This document shows positions 1-9,252 of a stretch of 64,000 bases of DNA, one piece after another. The notes below the pieces were generated by a model. That model saw nothing but the letters and a program-made list of their open reading frames with translations, was not told where the DNA came from and searched no databases. Position numbers and translations under genes: made by a program. This stretch comes from Candidatus Versatilivoraceae bacterium (GTDB taxonomy: Bacteria; Acidobacteriota; Terriglobia; Versatilivoradales; Versatilivoraceae). Location of the stretch: NCBI GenBank assembly GCA_965197895.1, contig OZ240232.1, positions 2,389,522 through 2,453,521 on the forward strand, read 5' to 3'. How positions within the stretch are numbered: the first letter of the stretch is position 1; each line of letters opens with the position of its first letter.

Positions 1-396
1 GGCGCTGCATGGCCATCCGGTGCTGGTGGCCGAGACCTTCGTCGACCCCAGCCGCTTTGCCGGCACCTGCTACCGGGCTTCGAACTGGCTGGGACTGGGG
101 AGGACCCGCGGCGATCGACGCCAGTCCGGCGGCAGCCCGCGCTGGCACCCTCACGGTCAACCCAAGGAGATCTTCGTGTACCCCCTGCAACCGGATGCCT
201 GTCAGCAACTGAGTCGACTGGATGACGCCCCCGATTGGTCCAGCCAGGACGACTCGAAGCCACTGGGCGAGGACCGCCTGCGCTCTCTGTTCGAGTACCT
301 GCGCACGGTTCAGGAGTTCCGCAAGCCGCGGGGCATGCGCTACCCGCTGGCCACCCTGCTGGCGATGGCGGTGGCGGCACGCCTCATCGGCTACCG
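1..396 (+). mobile_element. Remnant of DUF4338 + ISAs1-type transposase element, cut by the window edge
   Basis: ETFVDPSRFAGTCYRASNW (DUF4338 C-terminus) followed by FRKPRGMRYPLATLLAMAV (ISAs1 N-terminus); homologous to the copies at 7806-8447 and 9298-9943. Confidence 0.75.
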
Positions 397-1084
397 TTGC
401 CACGGGCAGGAGTGGTCCTTTTCGCCGGAGCTCGAGGGCATGATCCCATTGGCCGATTCGATCGAGATGTTCGAGAGCGCCTCTCTGTTCAGTTCGGGGG
501 ACGGTTTGGGTTGGAGCAAGGTCAGCGATATTGCCGCCGAGGACAACGACGAGACCGACTTCGATTTCGCCCCGGATGGCCGCATCCTGGCAGTGAGCCG
601 CAAGGGCGCTTCCTCCAAGTTGCATCCGGGAGCCAGGCCGGGGAGTCGGCATGCCATCGCATACCTCGGCCATCCCCCCTATCGGAGCTGGCGGCGACTG
701 CCCCTGGATCGAATGATTCAAGCCCCGGCGGTGCGCTGGGCCAGGGATCGATGGATGGTCGCCGGCCGCTATATCGACGGGGAAACCGAACGGGCGCACC
801 CGCACCACCCGGACTTTCCCCACAAGGGACACCGCTACGGGACGCGCCTGTGGACCCTGGACGATCGGACCGGCGCCCTGACACAGGCGGTAACCCTGCC
901 CAGTTGGGGAGACTGTTCCTATCCGGGCATGATCGAGGAGTCCAATGGCGACTTGCTGGTGGTCTACTATTCTCACTCGATCACCACCGACGGCCATCAG
1001 TACATGGGCGGCGGGCTGTGGCCCGGCAAGATGCCTCCCTGCTCGATTTATCTGGCCCGAGTGGTCCGGGAAGAGATGGGTTAG
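397..1084 (+). pseudogene. C-terminal part of a BNR/sialidase-like protein fused in frame to the IS remnant
   Basis: SSGDGLGWS Asp-box-like motif, NDETDF, GDCSYPG...LLVVYYS; no N-terminus of its own. Confidence 0.5.
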
Positions 1085-1121
1085 AAGGCTGCCGTTACGT
1101 CGTCAGAATCGTCTGTTTGTC

Positions 1122-1871
1122 ATGATCCCCGGTGCATCACTGGTTGTTCTGCTGCTGTCCGGCGTGGCTCTCCCGCCCTCGCCGCCGCCGATCCAAGGTC
1201 CGGCGGGGTGTTTCGAGGCCCCCGAAACCGAGGGAATAACGGTCTTCGGACCCATGCGGGAGAAGGCTCTTGGCTGGGATCGCCTTTTGCTGGGGACCCT
1301 GGTCCGCGGGAGTGCCGGTGAGCAACTGGAACAGTATCGGAAAGAGGAGGGAATCCCGCTTGAGTTCATACTGGGTCAGGAAGGCAGCGGCGCACTCCAA
1401 TCGAATGGCTGGCAGCGGCTGAAACAGGCTGAAACGGCTGGCAGCCTTCAGCCCCATCCCTGCGGAACGTCCGTCCAGGCCTTTGTCAAGGATCTTGGGA
1501 GCCACGACCTGTCCGAATGGCTGCAGCCGGACTGGGTGTTGGAATACAACAGGAAAGGCAAGGTCCTCGCCCGCTGAGATGTCCCCTTGAATGCGCCGGT
1601 TCGGGCGGTCCAGGGGGATTCGGTCTGGGCGAGCTGGGACCCCCAGCCGCTCTGTTCCGATCAGAGCCTGGAACTGAAGATCTATCTGGTGATCGGGACC
1701 GATGGAAGTCTCAGGGCCGCCTCTCGCCCCGGGCTCATCTCGGAGGGACGCAAGATCAAATGCCCCAGGAGCCCCGATATCCCGCATTCGGAGTTCCTGA
1801 TCTGCGAGTCCATGCGAGACCTCAAAACCCGCAAAACCCGCAGATTGGCCTACCAGTTGCCCTGCGACTGA
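1122..1871 (+). pseudogene. Exported hypothetical protein with one in-frame TGA (1575-1577)
   Basis: Signal-peptide-like start MIPGASLVVLLLSG; the ORFs ending at 1577 and starting at 1587 are in the same frame. Confidence 0.45.
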
Positions 1872-1987
1872 AACCCGCCTCAGTCGAAGACAGCTCCCCG
1901 GCGATCCTTCGAACGGCCCCGCAAAGAAGTTGGCTTTCCGCAGCATTCCGGCCGGCGGAGGGTACCATCGAACGGTAAGGAATCGCC

Positions 1988-2452
1988 GTGAGCCATCCGG
2001 ATTTGTCCACTGCCGACCCTTTCATGGAGATGGCCTTGCGCCTGGCCCGAAAGGCCTTCTCGCTGGAGGAGGTTCCGGTGGGGGCTGTAGTGGTGGTGGA
2101 GGGCAAAGTGGTGGGCCGGGGCTACAACCAGAGCCTCACCCGATCGGATCCGACGGCCCACGCCGAGATCCTGGCCCTGCGGCAGGCTGCCAAAAGGGTG
2201 GGGAATTACCGTTTGACTTCGGCAACGATTTATTGCACCTTGGAACCCTGTGCCATGTGTGCCGGCAGCCTGGTCTGGGCTCGCGTCCAACGTCTGGTCT
2301 ATGGCGCCAAAGACCCCAAGGCCGGCGCCGTCGACTCCCATCTCAGGCTGTTTGAATCGGAATCGGTCAACCACCGGGTAGAGGTGGTGTCGGGGGTCGG
2401 GGAAGCCCAGGCGGTGAAGCTGCTGCAGGAGTTCTTTCGGCTTCGGCGCTAG
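1988..2452 (+). CDS. tadA: tRNA-specific adenosine deaminase
   Basis: [22 protein letters not shown] motifs; adjacent to tRNA-Ser. Confidence 0.95.
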   Translation: MSHPDLSTADPFMEMALRLARKAFSLEEVPVGAVVVVEGKVVGRGYNQSLTRSDPTAHAEILALRQAAKRVGNYRLTSATIYCTLEPCAMCAGSLVWARVQRLVYGAKDPKAGAVDSHLRLFESESVNHRVEVVSGVGEAQAVKLLQEFFRLRR

Positions 2453-2489
2453 CCCCGTCCTCGAAATCGGGGACACTGGCCGAACACGC

Positions 2490-2583
2490 GGAGAGGTACC
2501 GAAGTGGTCATAACGGGGCCGCCTCGAAAGCGGTTAGGGGGTTAGTCGCTCCCACGCGGGTTCGAATCCCGCCCTCTCCGCCA
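2490..2583 (+). tRNA. tRNA-Ser(CGA)
   Basis: GGAGAGG/CCTCTCC acceptor stem, anticodon arm GCCGC-CTCGAAA-GCGGT, long variable arm, GGTTCGAATCC T-arm, CCA end. Confidence 0.95.
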
Positions 2584-2884
2584 CGCACTTTTATAAGCTA
2601 TTGATTGTTAAGGGAGTTATAGGAAGACAGGGAAAGCGGTTATCAATTTAGAGCCTACTTGCTGACATCAGCCCTCCGAATCCATCGATCTCGTCAGCGC
2701 CGCAGTCTTCCCTGGCTTCATGGATCTTTAAAGATGCCCCACAACTGCCCCTAAACTCGCCTCCTCCGGGGCACATAGTGGGTTAGGGGGGAAGGTTCGA
2801 TGCAACATTCCGTTTTTGTGTGAACCGACCGACAAAACTCATGGCACTAAAGAATGTTCCCTGCACAACCTGAGACCACGGTTT

Positions 2885-3679
2885 TCAATCAGTCGATATC
2901 AAATCGCCAAGATCCAGAGTCTGAAAGAACTTTCTCTTCATGCCAATAAACGGTGCAGCGGTTGTTCGCGAGGTGATTGCTCGAATATCTCTGGCCGCCC
3001 GCTGAAGGTCTCTTCGCGAAACACCTGCTTCTTGCGCTTCAAACATTTTCCACGCAATTGTTCGCAACGGCCTGAGAGCTTCCCATCTTTCCTTCGCCAG
3101 GCTGGGTCTATTCAGACCGACAAGCTTGACGGTCTTCATTCCTCGTTCTGCATTCTCTCCTACGCCGTAAATCAACACGCTCCCAGCCTCGGCAATCCAA
3201 TCGAAACCAATAGTCCCCTCAATGTGGTCTTCGGCTGGATCCAATAGGCAAGCATCCTCTTCATCCAAGCTATCATCGGGGCTTGTTGCCCGACTACCGC
3301 GTACTGGAAAATGTGTCTTCTTGTGCCCTTCGTTGCACGTCTTGCAAGCGAAGAACAAGTTAGCCCACACGTAGGCCAGCCACCAGTAGCCTGGACTAGG
3401 TGGCGATTTTTCAGCTACTTTTGTCTTGGGTCGAAAATGCTCGATGTCGGATTCTCGACCGGCATCCCTAAGGCGCTCACAGTAACAACACCGCCCATTG
3501 TGCATTTTCGAGAGTTTCTTCCTGACATCTGGTTTGGACCAAAGAGGCCTAAAGTCTGTCGAACGTGGCGGGTCTCCAGCCGCGACTTTTGACGCTACAA
3601 AATCTTCCGCGTTTCGCCGCTGTGTAGACTCCGGATGCAGAATACTCGGAACGTTATCTTCTCTAATCAGACGAAGCAT
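2885..3679 (-). CDS. HNH endonuclease, Septu PtuB / retron-effector (TIGR02646-like) type
   Basis: CCYCE...DIEHFRPK...YWWLAYVWANLFFACKTCN; the start MLRLIRE overlaps the ATPase stop. Confidence 0.85.
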   Translation of the reverse strand: MLRLIREDNVPSILHPESTQRRNAEDFVASKVAAGDPPRSTDFRPLWSKPDVRKKLSKMHNGRCCYCERLRDAGRESDIEHFRPKTKVAEKSPPSPGYWWLAYVWANLFFACKTCNEGHKKTHFPVRGSRATSPDDSLDEEDACLLDPAEDHIEGTIGFDWIAEAGSVLIYGVGENAERGMKTVKLVGLNRPSLAKERWEALRPLRTIAWKMFEAQEAGVSRRDLQRAARDIRAITSRTTAAPFIGMKRKFFQTLDLGDLISTD

Positions 3680-4898
3680 CGGGCTTCTCGCGCTGTCCAA
3701 TTAACTCATTTAGTTTGGCATCAAGTTCTCTAGCGATGCGTGTCTCATTGGCGGATGCTGCGTGCATGGGAGACACTTCGCGAAGGTGCTCCATGGCTCG
3801 TTTGAACTTGGGAGACCTCCTTGAACGAGGACCGGAATAGGCAGCCTCAACAGCATTTAGCGTTTTCTCCAGAGTCACAGGTCTGGGAGGAGTGTCAAAG
3901 GCAGACGATTCAAGAATTTGATCGTATGTCGAGCCAGAAATTACGGGCAGTTCCTCATTAACGACGCGACGTGTTGAGCTCATACGCAGTACATGCACCT
4001 TGCCGATCCTGATACCTCGGGACTTCTCCTCATAAATGCCCGCCGCAGGCAGTGCTGAGTGGGAGGTTGCAATAAACTGAATTCGGGGAAAGTGCTTCGA
4101 AAGCAGGCTTAGCACTTGCCGCTGCCAAGTCGGATGCAAATGATTCTCAATTTCGTCGAGGAGGACGATCCCGCTAGGCTCTTTCCGACCACGCAAAAGG
4201 GTCCAACCGATCAGATCCAACATCCAATTCAAGGTTGACCGATGACCATCTGCCAAAGCTCCAAATGTGCCCTCGTCTTCTCTACCATAGCGTACTCTGA
4301 GGCCACTTCTCGACAATCTTACTGCGGTGGGGTTCATCATCAATAGTTCCGACAGGTGTCGCAGTAGCCTCTTCTCTTCTTGCGGATTTCCCATCACCCT
4401 TCGACGCACGACCAACTCTGGGTTTTGCAGTTCCCCACTGTAGTTGAATAGTGAATAGACAGCATCCACTGCAGCATATTCGCTATAGTCGTTAGTTCCG
4501 TGCATTACGCGGGTTGGGCCGTAACCGCACACGAATACGTCACCCCACGGGAAGTCGCTAGACGGCTCTTTATTGAGCCACTCCAGGCTAGGATTATCAG
4601 GCGACTGTTTAACAATCGTTTGTGTCTGAAATTTTTTCTTGCCACTACTCAAATCAATCTCAATTGAGCCTTCAGAATGACCATCCTTGATGAGAGTGCC
4701 GTACATATCTGTAACCAGACCCGAAGCACCTACGCGATCACAAAGGCCGATGGCGATACTCTTAAGAACTGTCGACTTGCCAACTGCGTTGTTTCCGAGT
4801 AATAGCAACGAATCATTGGTTGCGGCACGAGACCCGAGACTGATCTCCAAATCATCAATACAGCGTATATTCTTCAATCGAATGCGTGAGATGTACAT
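3663..4898 (-). CDS. ABC/AAA ATPase, Septu PtuA-like
   Basis: MYISRIRLKNIRCI start, Walker A GNNAVGKS, signature-like LADG, Walker B LLDEIENHLHPTWQ, H-loop ATSHS. Confidence 0.85.
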   Translation of the reverse strand: MYISRIRLKNIRCIDDLEISLGSRAATNDSLLLLGNNAVGKSTVLKSIAIGLCDRVGASGLVTDMYGTLIKDGHSEGSIEIDLSSGKKKFQTQTIVKQSPDNPSLEWLNKEPSSDFPWGDVFVCGYGPTRVMHGTNDYSEYAAVDAVYSLFNYSGELQNPELVVRRRVMGNPQEEKRLLRHLSELLMMNPTAVRLSRSGLRVRYGREDEGTFGALADGHRSTLNWMLDLIGWTLLRGRKEPSGIVLLDEIENHLHPTWQRQVLSLLSKHFPRIQFIATSHSALPAAGIYEEKSRGIRIGKVHVLRMSSTRRVVNEELPVISGSTYDQILESSAFDTPPRPVTLEKTLNAVEAAYSGPRSRRSPKFKRAMEHLREVSPMHAASANETRIARELDAKLNELIGQREKPDASSD

Positions 4899-4909
4899 TG
4901 CTTGCTAGG

Positions 4910-6319
4910 CTAGGGCTCGGGGTTTCGCGACATACCAACGGAAATCGTGATTGCGTCCTCTGTATTCATCACGCTACTGTCCAGATTTCGTGAACCGTGC
5001 TGCGGGTAGGATCCTACATTTGTCTCCTTGAGCGGACGACGAAGGGCGTCGCAGTCAATTCCCCCTCGGAGTGCTGCCAGGATACCGGCGGCCTCGTAGT
5101 AGTTATTGACTCGGTGAAACTGCCCCTTCCCCCAAGGCAGAGCTTCGAGGTCATTGGACATCAAGTTCTTGTTCGCAACGGCGATAACGTGAATGCCTTG
5201 GTGCAGGGCAGCCAGCGTCGGAATCCCTAGACAGCCATCCGGAATGACCAGACACGAGACATCGGAAGCCGTGAAGACATCAGGTGCATTCAATGCCTCA
5301 GAATCTGCGATGATCTGTGGGCTTCTCTGCAATCCCTTCAATGTGCATTGCAGAAACGTTGTTGACACCGCCTCAGCCGCCATCCGTGGATCGACAATTC
5401 CTGGATTCTTGTTTGCGATCTCCCTCGATTCAAGCATCGGAGAATGGGCGGTTGGTACGTCGAACATACTTGACAATGCGTGTGTAAGCATTGCTTCAAC
5501 GCCACCCCAAGGATTGACCATTTCTCCCGCAGAATCGAAATATCCTTGGTGGTATTCAGTCGGGACAGTTACGACTGACGAAAGAGCTACCGCGTCGTAC
5601 TCACCAGCGCGATCTTCAAGGAGTGCGCAAAGCTCCTCCAAATTGTCGATTCGGCCAGCGGCTCGACCCGATGGAGTGTATTCGCTAACAAGGCTTACAG
5701 GAGATTCGAGACACACAATCTCCGAGCAAGACAGTCCGTAGCTGGCCCTGGCACTGTTTACAGAGTTTACAGCTGCATTCACAAAGAACTCATCTTGATG
5801 TGCGTCGATCACAACGAGCACGCGATTCATTCGTACCCGAGATAACCCTACAGTTCCCATAAGGAGTCGCGCCACGACGCTTCCTTCAACGTACCAGGCA
5901 TTGGCCGGCATCTCGTTCAAATCGGATGCGTTAACTACGTTGGGGTGCAAGACCAGTGTGTCCGACACTTCGGCCAACAAGCGAGCTACCGGACCAGCAT
6001 CGCCCGCGTGCCCTCCAAGTTCGGCACCGATACCAGTGGGGATAATGAGAACGACGTTGAACTGCGCAGTAGAAGCCACGCGCCGCCGTCGGAACTCGAA
6101 GATCGAGTTTGAGGGCACATGAGACCCAGCACTCCTGACACTTAGTGTTGCGAATTCACAGTGATAGGCACCAGAATTGGCCGAAGTTACGACGAATCGA
6201 ATCGGAATCCAATCTGGACCGATATGTACACGAAAGTATCGTCGAAAGTGTGCCAGAAGGTTGCTATGGCCGGGTAGAATTGGAATATCGCATTGCTGCT
6301 CCAATACCGACTTCACCAT
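4910..6319 (-). CDS. DUF3326 family protein with N-terminal extension
   Basis: IIPTGIGAELGGHAGDA, LVLHPNVVNAS, YVEG, GGVEAMLTH, AHSP, DPRMAAE motifs; AGGA-like RBS upstream of ATG 6319. Confidence 0.8.
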   Translation of the reverse strand: MVKSVLEQQCDIPILPGHSNLLAHFRRYFRVHIGPDWIPIRFVVTSANSGAYHCEFATLSVRSAGSHVPSNSIFEFRRRRVASTAQFNVVLIIPTGIGAELGGHAGDAGPVARLLAEVSDTLVLHPNVVNASDLNEMPANAWYVEGSVVARLLMGTVGLSRVRMNRVLVVIDAHQDEFFVNAAVNSVNSARASYGLSCSEIVCLESPVSLVSEYTPSGRAAGRIDNLEELCALLEDRAGEYDAVALSSVVTVPTEYHQGYFDSAGEMVNPWGGVEAMLTHALSSMFDVPTAHSPMLESREIANKNPGIVDPRMAAEAVSTTFLQCTLKGLQRSPQIIADSEALNAPDVFTASDVSCLVIPDGCLGIPTLAALHQGIHVIAVANKNLMSNDLEALPWGKGQFHRVNNYYEAAGILAALRGGIDCDALRRPLKETNVGSYPQHGSRNLDSSVMNTEDAITISVGMSRNPEP

Positions 6320-6360
6320 AGTAGGTGTCTTTTCCTTCCTGTTTCCATTGAAACTATCGC

Positions 6361-6741
6361 CTAGTGTCTTACGACAACGGTCGCGTTCCAGTCGCGAGCC
6401 TTGAACCACTTCGCAGTGAAATCGGCAGCTTCGTTAGTATCGAATTTCTTGCATGAGAAGATGTTGACGTACGCCGCTTTCAACAAATCCAAAGTATGGA
6501 TTACTACGGTGCTTGTAAGGATAAATTGGACTGCGCTGGTTCCTTTTGTCTTCGGATGCACCTGTTGATCGGCCTCCGGGATACCAACGTCATCCCAAAA
6601 GTGAAGGTCACAGCGCTCCATGTCAATCAACACGCAGAGACCCTCAAGGTATTCTTGTATGTTATGGCGTGTGAACAGTGACGAATCACAGTCGCGAAGG
6701 TCGAGGATCAACTCCTGCCCGTAGCTCTCAGTGCGCTCCAT
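6361..6741 (-). CDS. S-adenosylmethionine decarboxylase (SpeD class 1b)-like proenzyme
   Basis: YGQELILDLRDC...GTSAVQFILTSTVVIHT...YVNIFSCKKFD; 126 aa; alternative start at 6798. Confidence 0.8.
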   Translation of the reverse strand: MERTESYGQELILDLRDCDSSLFTRHNIQEYLEGLCVLIDMERCDLHFWDDVGIPEADQQVHPKTKGTSAVQFILTSTVVIHTLDLLKAAYVNIFSCKKFDTNEAADFTAKWFKARDWNATVVVRH

Positions 6742-7055
6742 GTTCGTTATCCGCTGCAAAGTATACCAGTTGATTCTCAAACTTTCATCGTCGACCATGG
6801 TGCTGGTCCCGGCAGACCATGGTGCATGCCCCGCTTTGCAGTAGCCGCCACGTGTCATCCGAAGGGGTTGCCAAAGATCTCCTCCCCATGCTGCGAAGGT
6901 TCTTGGTACTCGACAAACAGTTTGCTGGCAACTCACGCGCTGCACACTGAGACGGTGGCTGAGGCGGCTGGACCCGCTGCAGGGCGTGAGCGCATCATCT
7001 ACAGACAAAGGGCGCGCACCACCAGTGCTCAAAGGCCTTCCCGGAAGGATCATTT

Positions 7056-7154
7056 TGGACGGGAGCGACCCCCCGTGGGGGCGGGGCGGCGCTGTTACCA
7101 TAGCGACGGCCCGCGCCCGAACCAGGGCCTCAAACAGGGGGGCGCTCCCGTCCA
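7056..7154. other. Long imperfect stem-loop of about 100 nt
   Basis: TGGACGGGAGCGACCCCCC...GGGGGGCGCTCCCGTCCA outer arms enclosing an inner hairpin. Confidence 0.6.
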
Positions 7155-7325
7155 CCGCCTAGATGCCCCGATCGGCACGGCAGGTGCACCGACAAGCTCG
7201 CAACCGTAGCGAAGCCAGCAGGATAGAGATGAGCCGCCTTGTTACTGAAAAGACCTTTGTTGTGCACACACTCTCCTTTGTCGTTGTGCGCGTCCCGTTT
7301 GGGCACGCAACCTCCTGATCCACGC

Positions 7326-7805
7326 TCAAAATCCCCCTCCGGCAATTCGTGTCGACCCCCAAGTGGCAAAGCCCTCGATCATCGTCTTGTGGCTGCGCTT
7401 CAGAGAGAGCTGTTCCAAATCGACGGCTCGTTTCAGCACCGCTTGCACACCGCCGTACTCCTCCAGCACCGGGATATTCCCTGTCAGGATGGCCTGCTCG
7501 ATTCGGGCAAACTCCTCTCCAGCCAAGGGGTCGTCGTCGCGATCTGCAAGCTCGAAGGTGTCCGCCCATTAGCCCAACACCTTTTCAGCTCGCCGCAGGG
7601 ACCGGTGCTCCCGGGCGACGATCACCACCTCGACCCTTCGGTCCCGCTCCCTCAAGGCTCGCCAGAGGCCACGGTGAGCGGCGCCCCAGGAGCGCAACGC
7701 CGCGGCGGTCTCGTATCCCGGATCGGCGTAGACGAGGACAGCCCGGTCCGGTTCCAATGCGATCGGCAGCTTGAGCCGGAAGTGGTGCCGGGTCTCTCCC
7801 ACTGC
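7326..7805 (-). pseudogene. C-terminal piece of a split mobile-element hypothetical gene
   Basis: AVGETRHHFRLKLPIALEPDRAVLVYADPG... continues the 10226-10322 piece; internal stop at 7569-7571. Confidence 0.65.
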
Positions 7806-8447
7806 CAGGACGATTTTTTGTTGTGTGGTAGCTGTTTCATCTGATTGGAAGATTATTGAGGCTGAACAAATCGTTTCTGATGTGCGATGATCGGTGCCAT
7901 ATTGAGCCTGCGGCGTTTGTCGAGCGACATGCGCCAGCTTCATTGCCACCCGGTGCTGGTGGCCGAGACCTTCGTGGACCCGAGCCGCTTTGGGGGCACC
8001 TGTTACCGGGCTTCGAACTGGCTCTGGCTGGGAAGAACGCGGGGCTACCGGCGCCAGCCCGGCGGCAGCGCCCGCTGGTGCCATCACGGTCAACCCAAGG
8101 AGATCTTCGTGTACCCTCTGCAATCGGATGCCTGCCAGCAACTGAGCCGACTTGACGACGCCCCCGATTGGCAAAGTGAGGGAGAAGGCAAACCGCTCAG
8201 CAGCGACCGGCTGCGCTCTCTGTTCGAGTGCCTGCGCAGGGTGGCAGAGTTCCGCAAGCCGCGGGGCAAGCGCTACCCGCTGGCCACCCTGCTGGCGATG
8301 GCGGTGGCGGCGCATCTGGCTATCGCGGGGTGACCGCCTTTGCCGAGTTCGCCTCCCACCTCACCCAGAAACAGTTGGCCGCCTTACGCGCCTACTACAG
8401 CGGGAAACTGAACCGCTACACGGCCCCGACCGTCACCACCTTCCATT

Positions 8448-8607
8448 GAAAGAACTCCGCGAAACAACGCCCCAGGCGTTGCACCACTTCACCCAAGCCG
8501 ATCAAGTGAACCAGCTTGTCGGGGGCAGCGAAGCGGACCCCGATCTCGGCTTCATGGCGCGGCTGCTGGCGCTGTGCAGCCTGCCCCGCACCAACCCCGG
8601 CAACCAC
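8448..8607 (+). pseudogene. Plasmid RepA (RepA_C / pBBR1-IncW-like) N-terminal fragment
   Basis: HFTQADQVNQLV...DLGFMARLLALCSLPRTNPGN. Confidence 0.55.
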
Positions 8608-8645
8608 TGTACCACCCCTGATTTCCTGGACCGATAAGACACCAC

Positions 8646-9056
8646 CTATTGCTCCGTGGACTGACGTTCCACGTAGCTGAGCGCTGCGCGAGCGAGCAGA
8701 CCAGACCGTGTTTCCCCTTCTCGGGCCGCGGCCTCGTCCACGATCGCCAGAACGCGCGCAGGCACCGTGATGTTGATCCGCTTGGTCTTGCTCGACAGCT
8801 TGGAGATATCGATATTCACGAGGGCCCAAATCCCAGCCTTGTAATCCTCGCTCGCTTGGTGTGTTTCAAGCGATTCCTTCGCAGGTATGGGTTCTCCATC
8901 CATGAGGAGTCCCTCCAGATGGCAGGCGATGGCCTCCTGCGCAGACTCGACGGCTTCCTCAAGCGTATCGCCGGCCGAAAAGCAGCCAGGCAGGTCCGGT
9001 ACGGTAACCCCGTAAACGCTCTCGACATCTTTGTGGATCACAACCGGGTATCGCAT
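8646..9056 (-). CDS. hicB: HicB family antitoxin
   Basis: YGVTVPDLPGCFSAGDTLEEA; C-terminal RHH KRINITVP. Confidence 0.9.
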   Translation of the reverse strand: MRYPVVIHKDVESVYGVTVPDLPGCFSAGDTLEEAVESAQEAIACHLEGLLMDGEPIPAKESLETHQASEDYKAGIWALVNIDISKLSSKTKRINITVPARVLAIVDEAAAREGETRSGLLARAALSYVERQSTEQ

Positions 9057-9057
9057 A

Positions 9058-9252
9058 TCAGCGGTCCTCCCATTTCCAGTTGGCTTGTCGGTAGATGTTG
9101 CGCAGAGTACCGATGGGAATATCCTTGCTTGGGTGCTTCACTGTGACCCGTCCGGTCTTTTCAGAGTGGACGAATTGGTGGTGGCTCCCGCGCACGTTCC
9201 GGAACACCCAACCGTCCCGTTTCAGTCTCCGAATAACATCCGCGCTTCTCAT
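9058..9252 (-). CDS. hicA: HicA family toxin
   Basis: RGSHHQFVH...VTVKHPSKDIPIGTLRNI, directly upstream of hicB. Confidence 0.9.
   Translation of the reverse strand: MRSADVIRRLKRDGWVFRNVRGSHHQFVHSEKTGRVTVKHPSKDIPIGTLRNIYRQANWKWEDR

Noticed and set aside
1575-1577. Selenocysteine or recoded TGA
   Set aside because: No redox motif or evident SECIS; TGA is a normal stop elsewhere in the window; a TGG-to-TGA nonsense change or error is simpler
2885-7200. Complete Ec78-type retron
   Set aside because: No reverse transcriptase (no YADD or VTG motifs) seen in any ORF of the window
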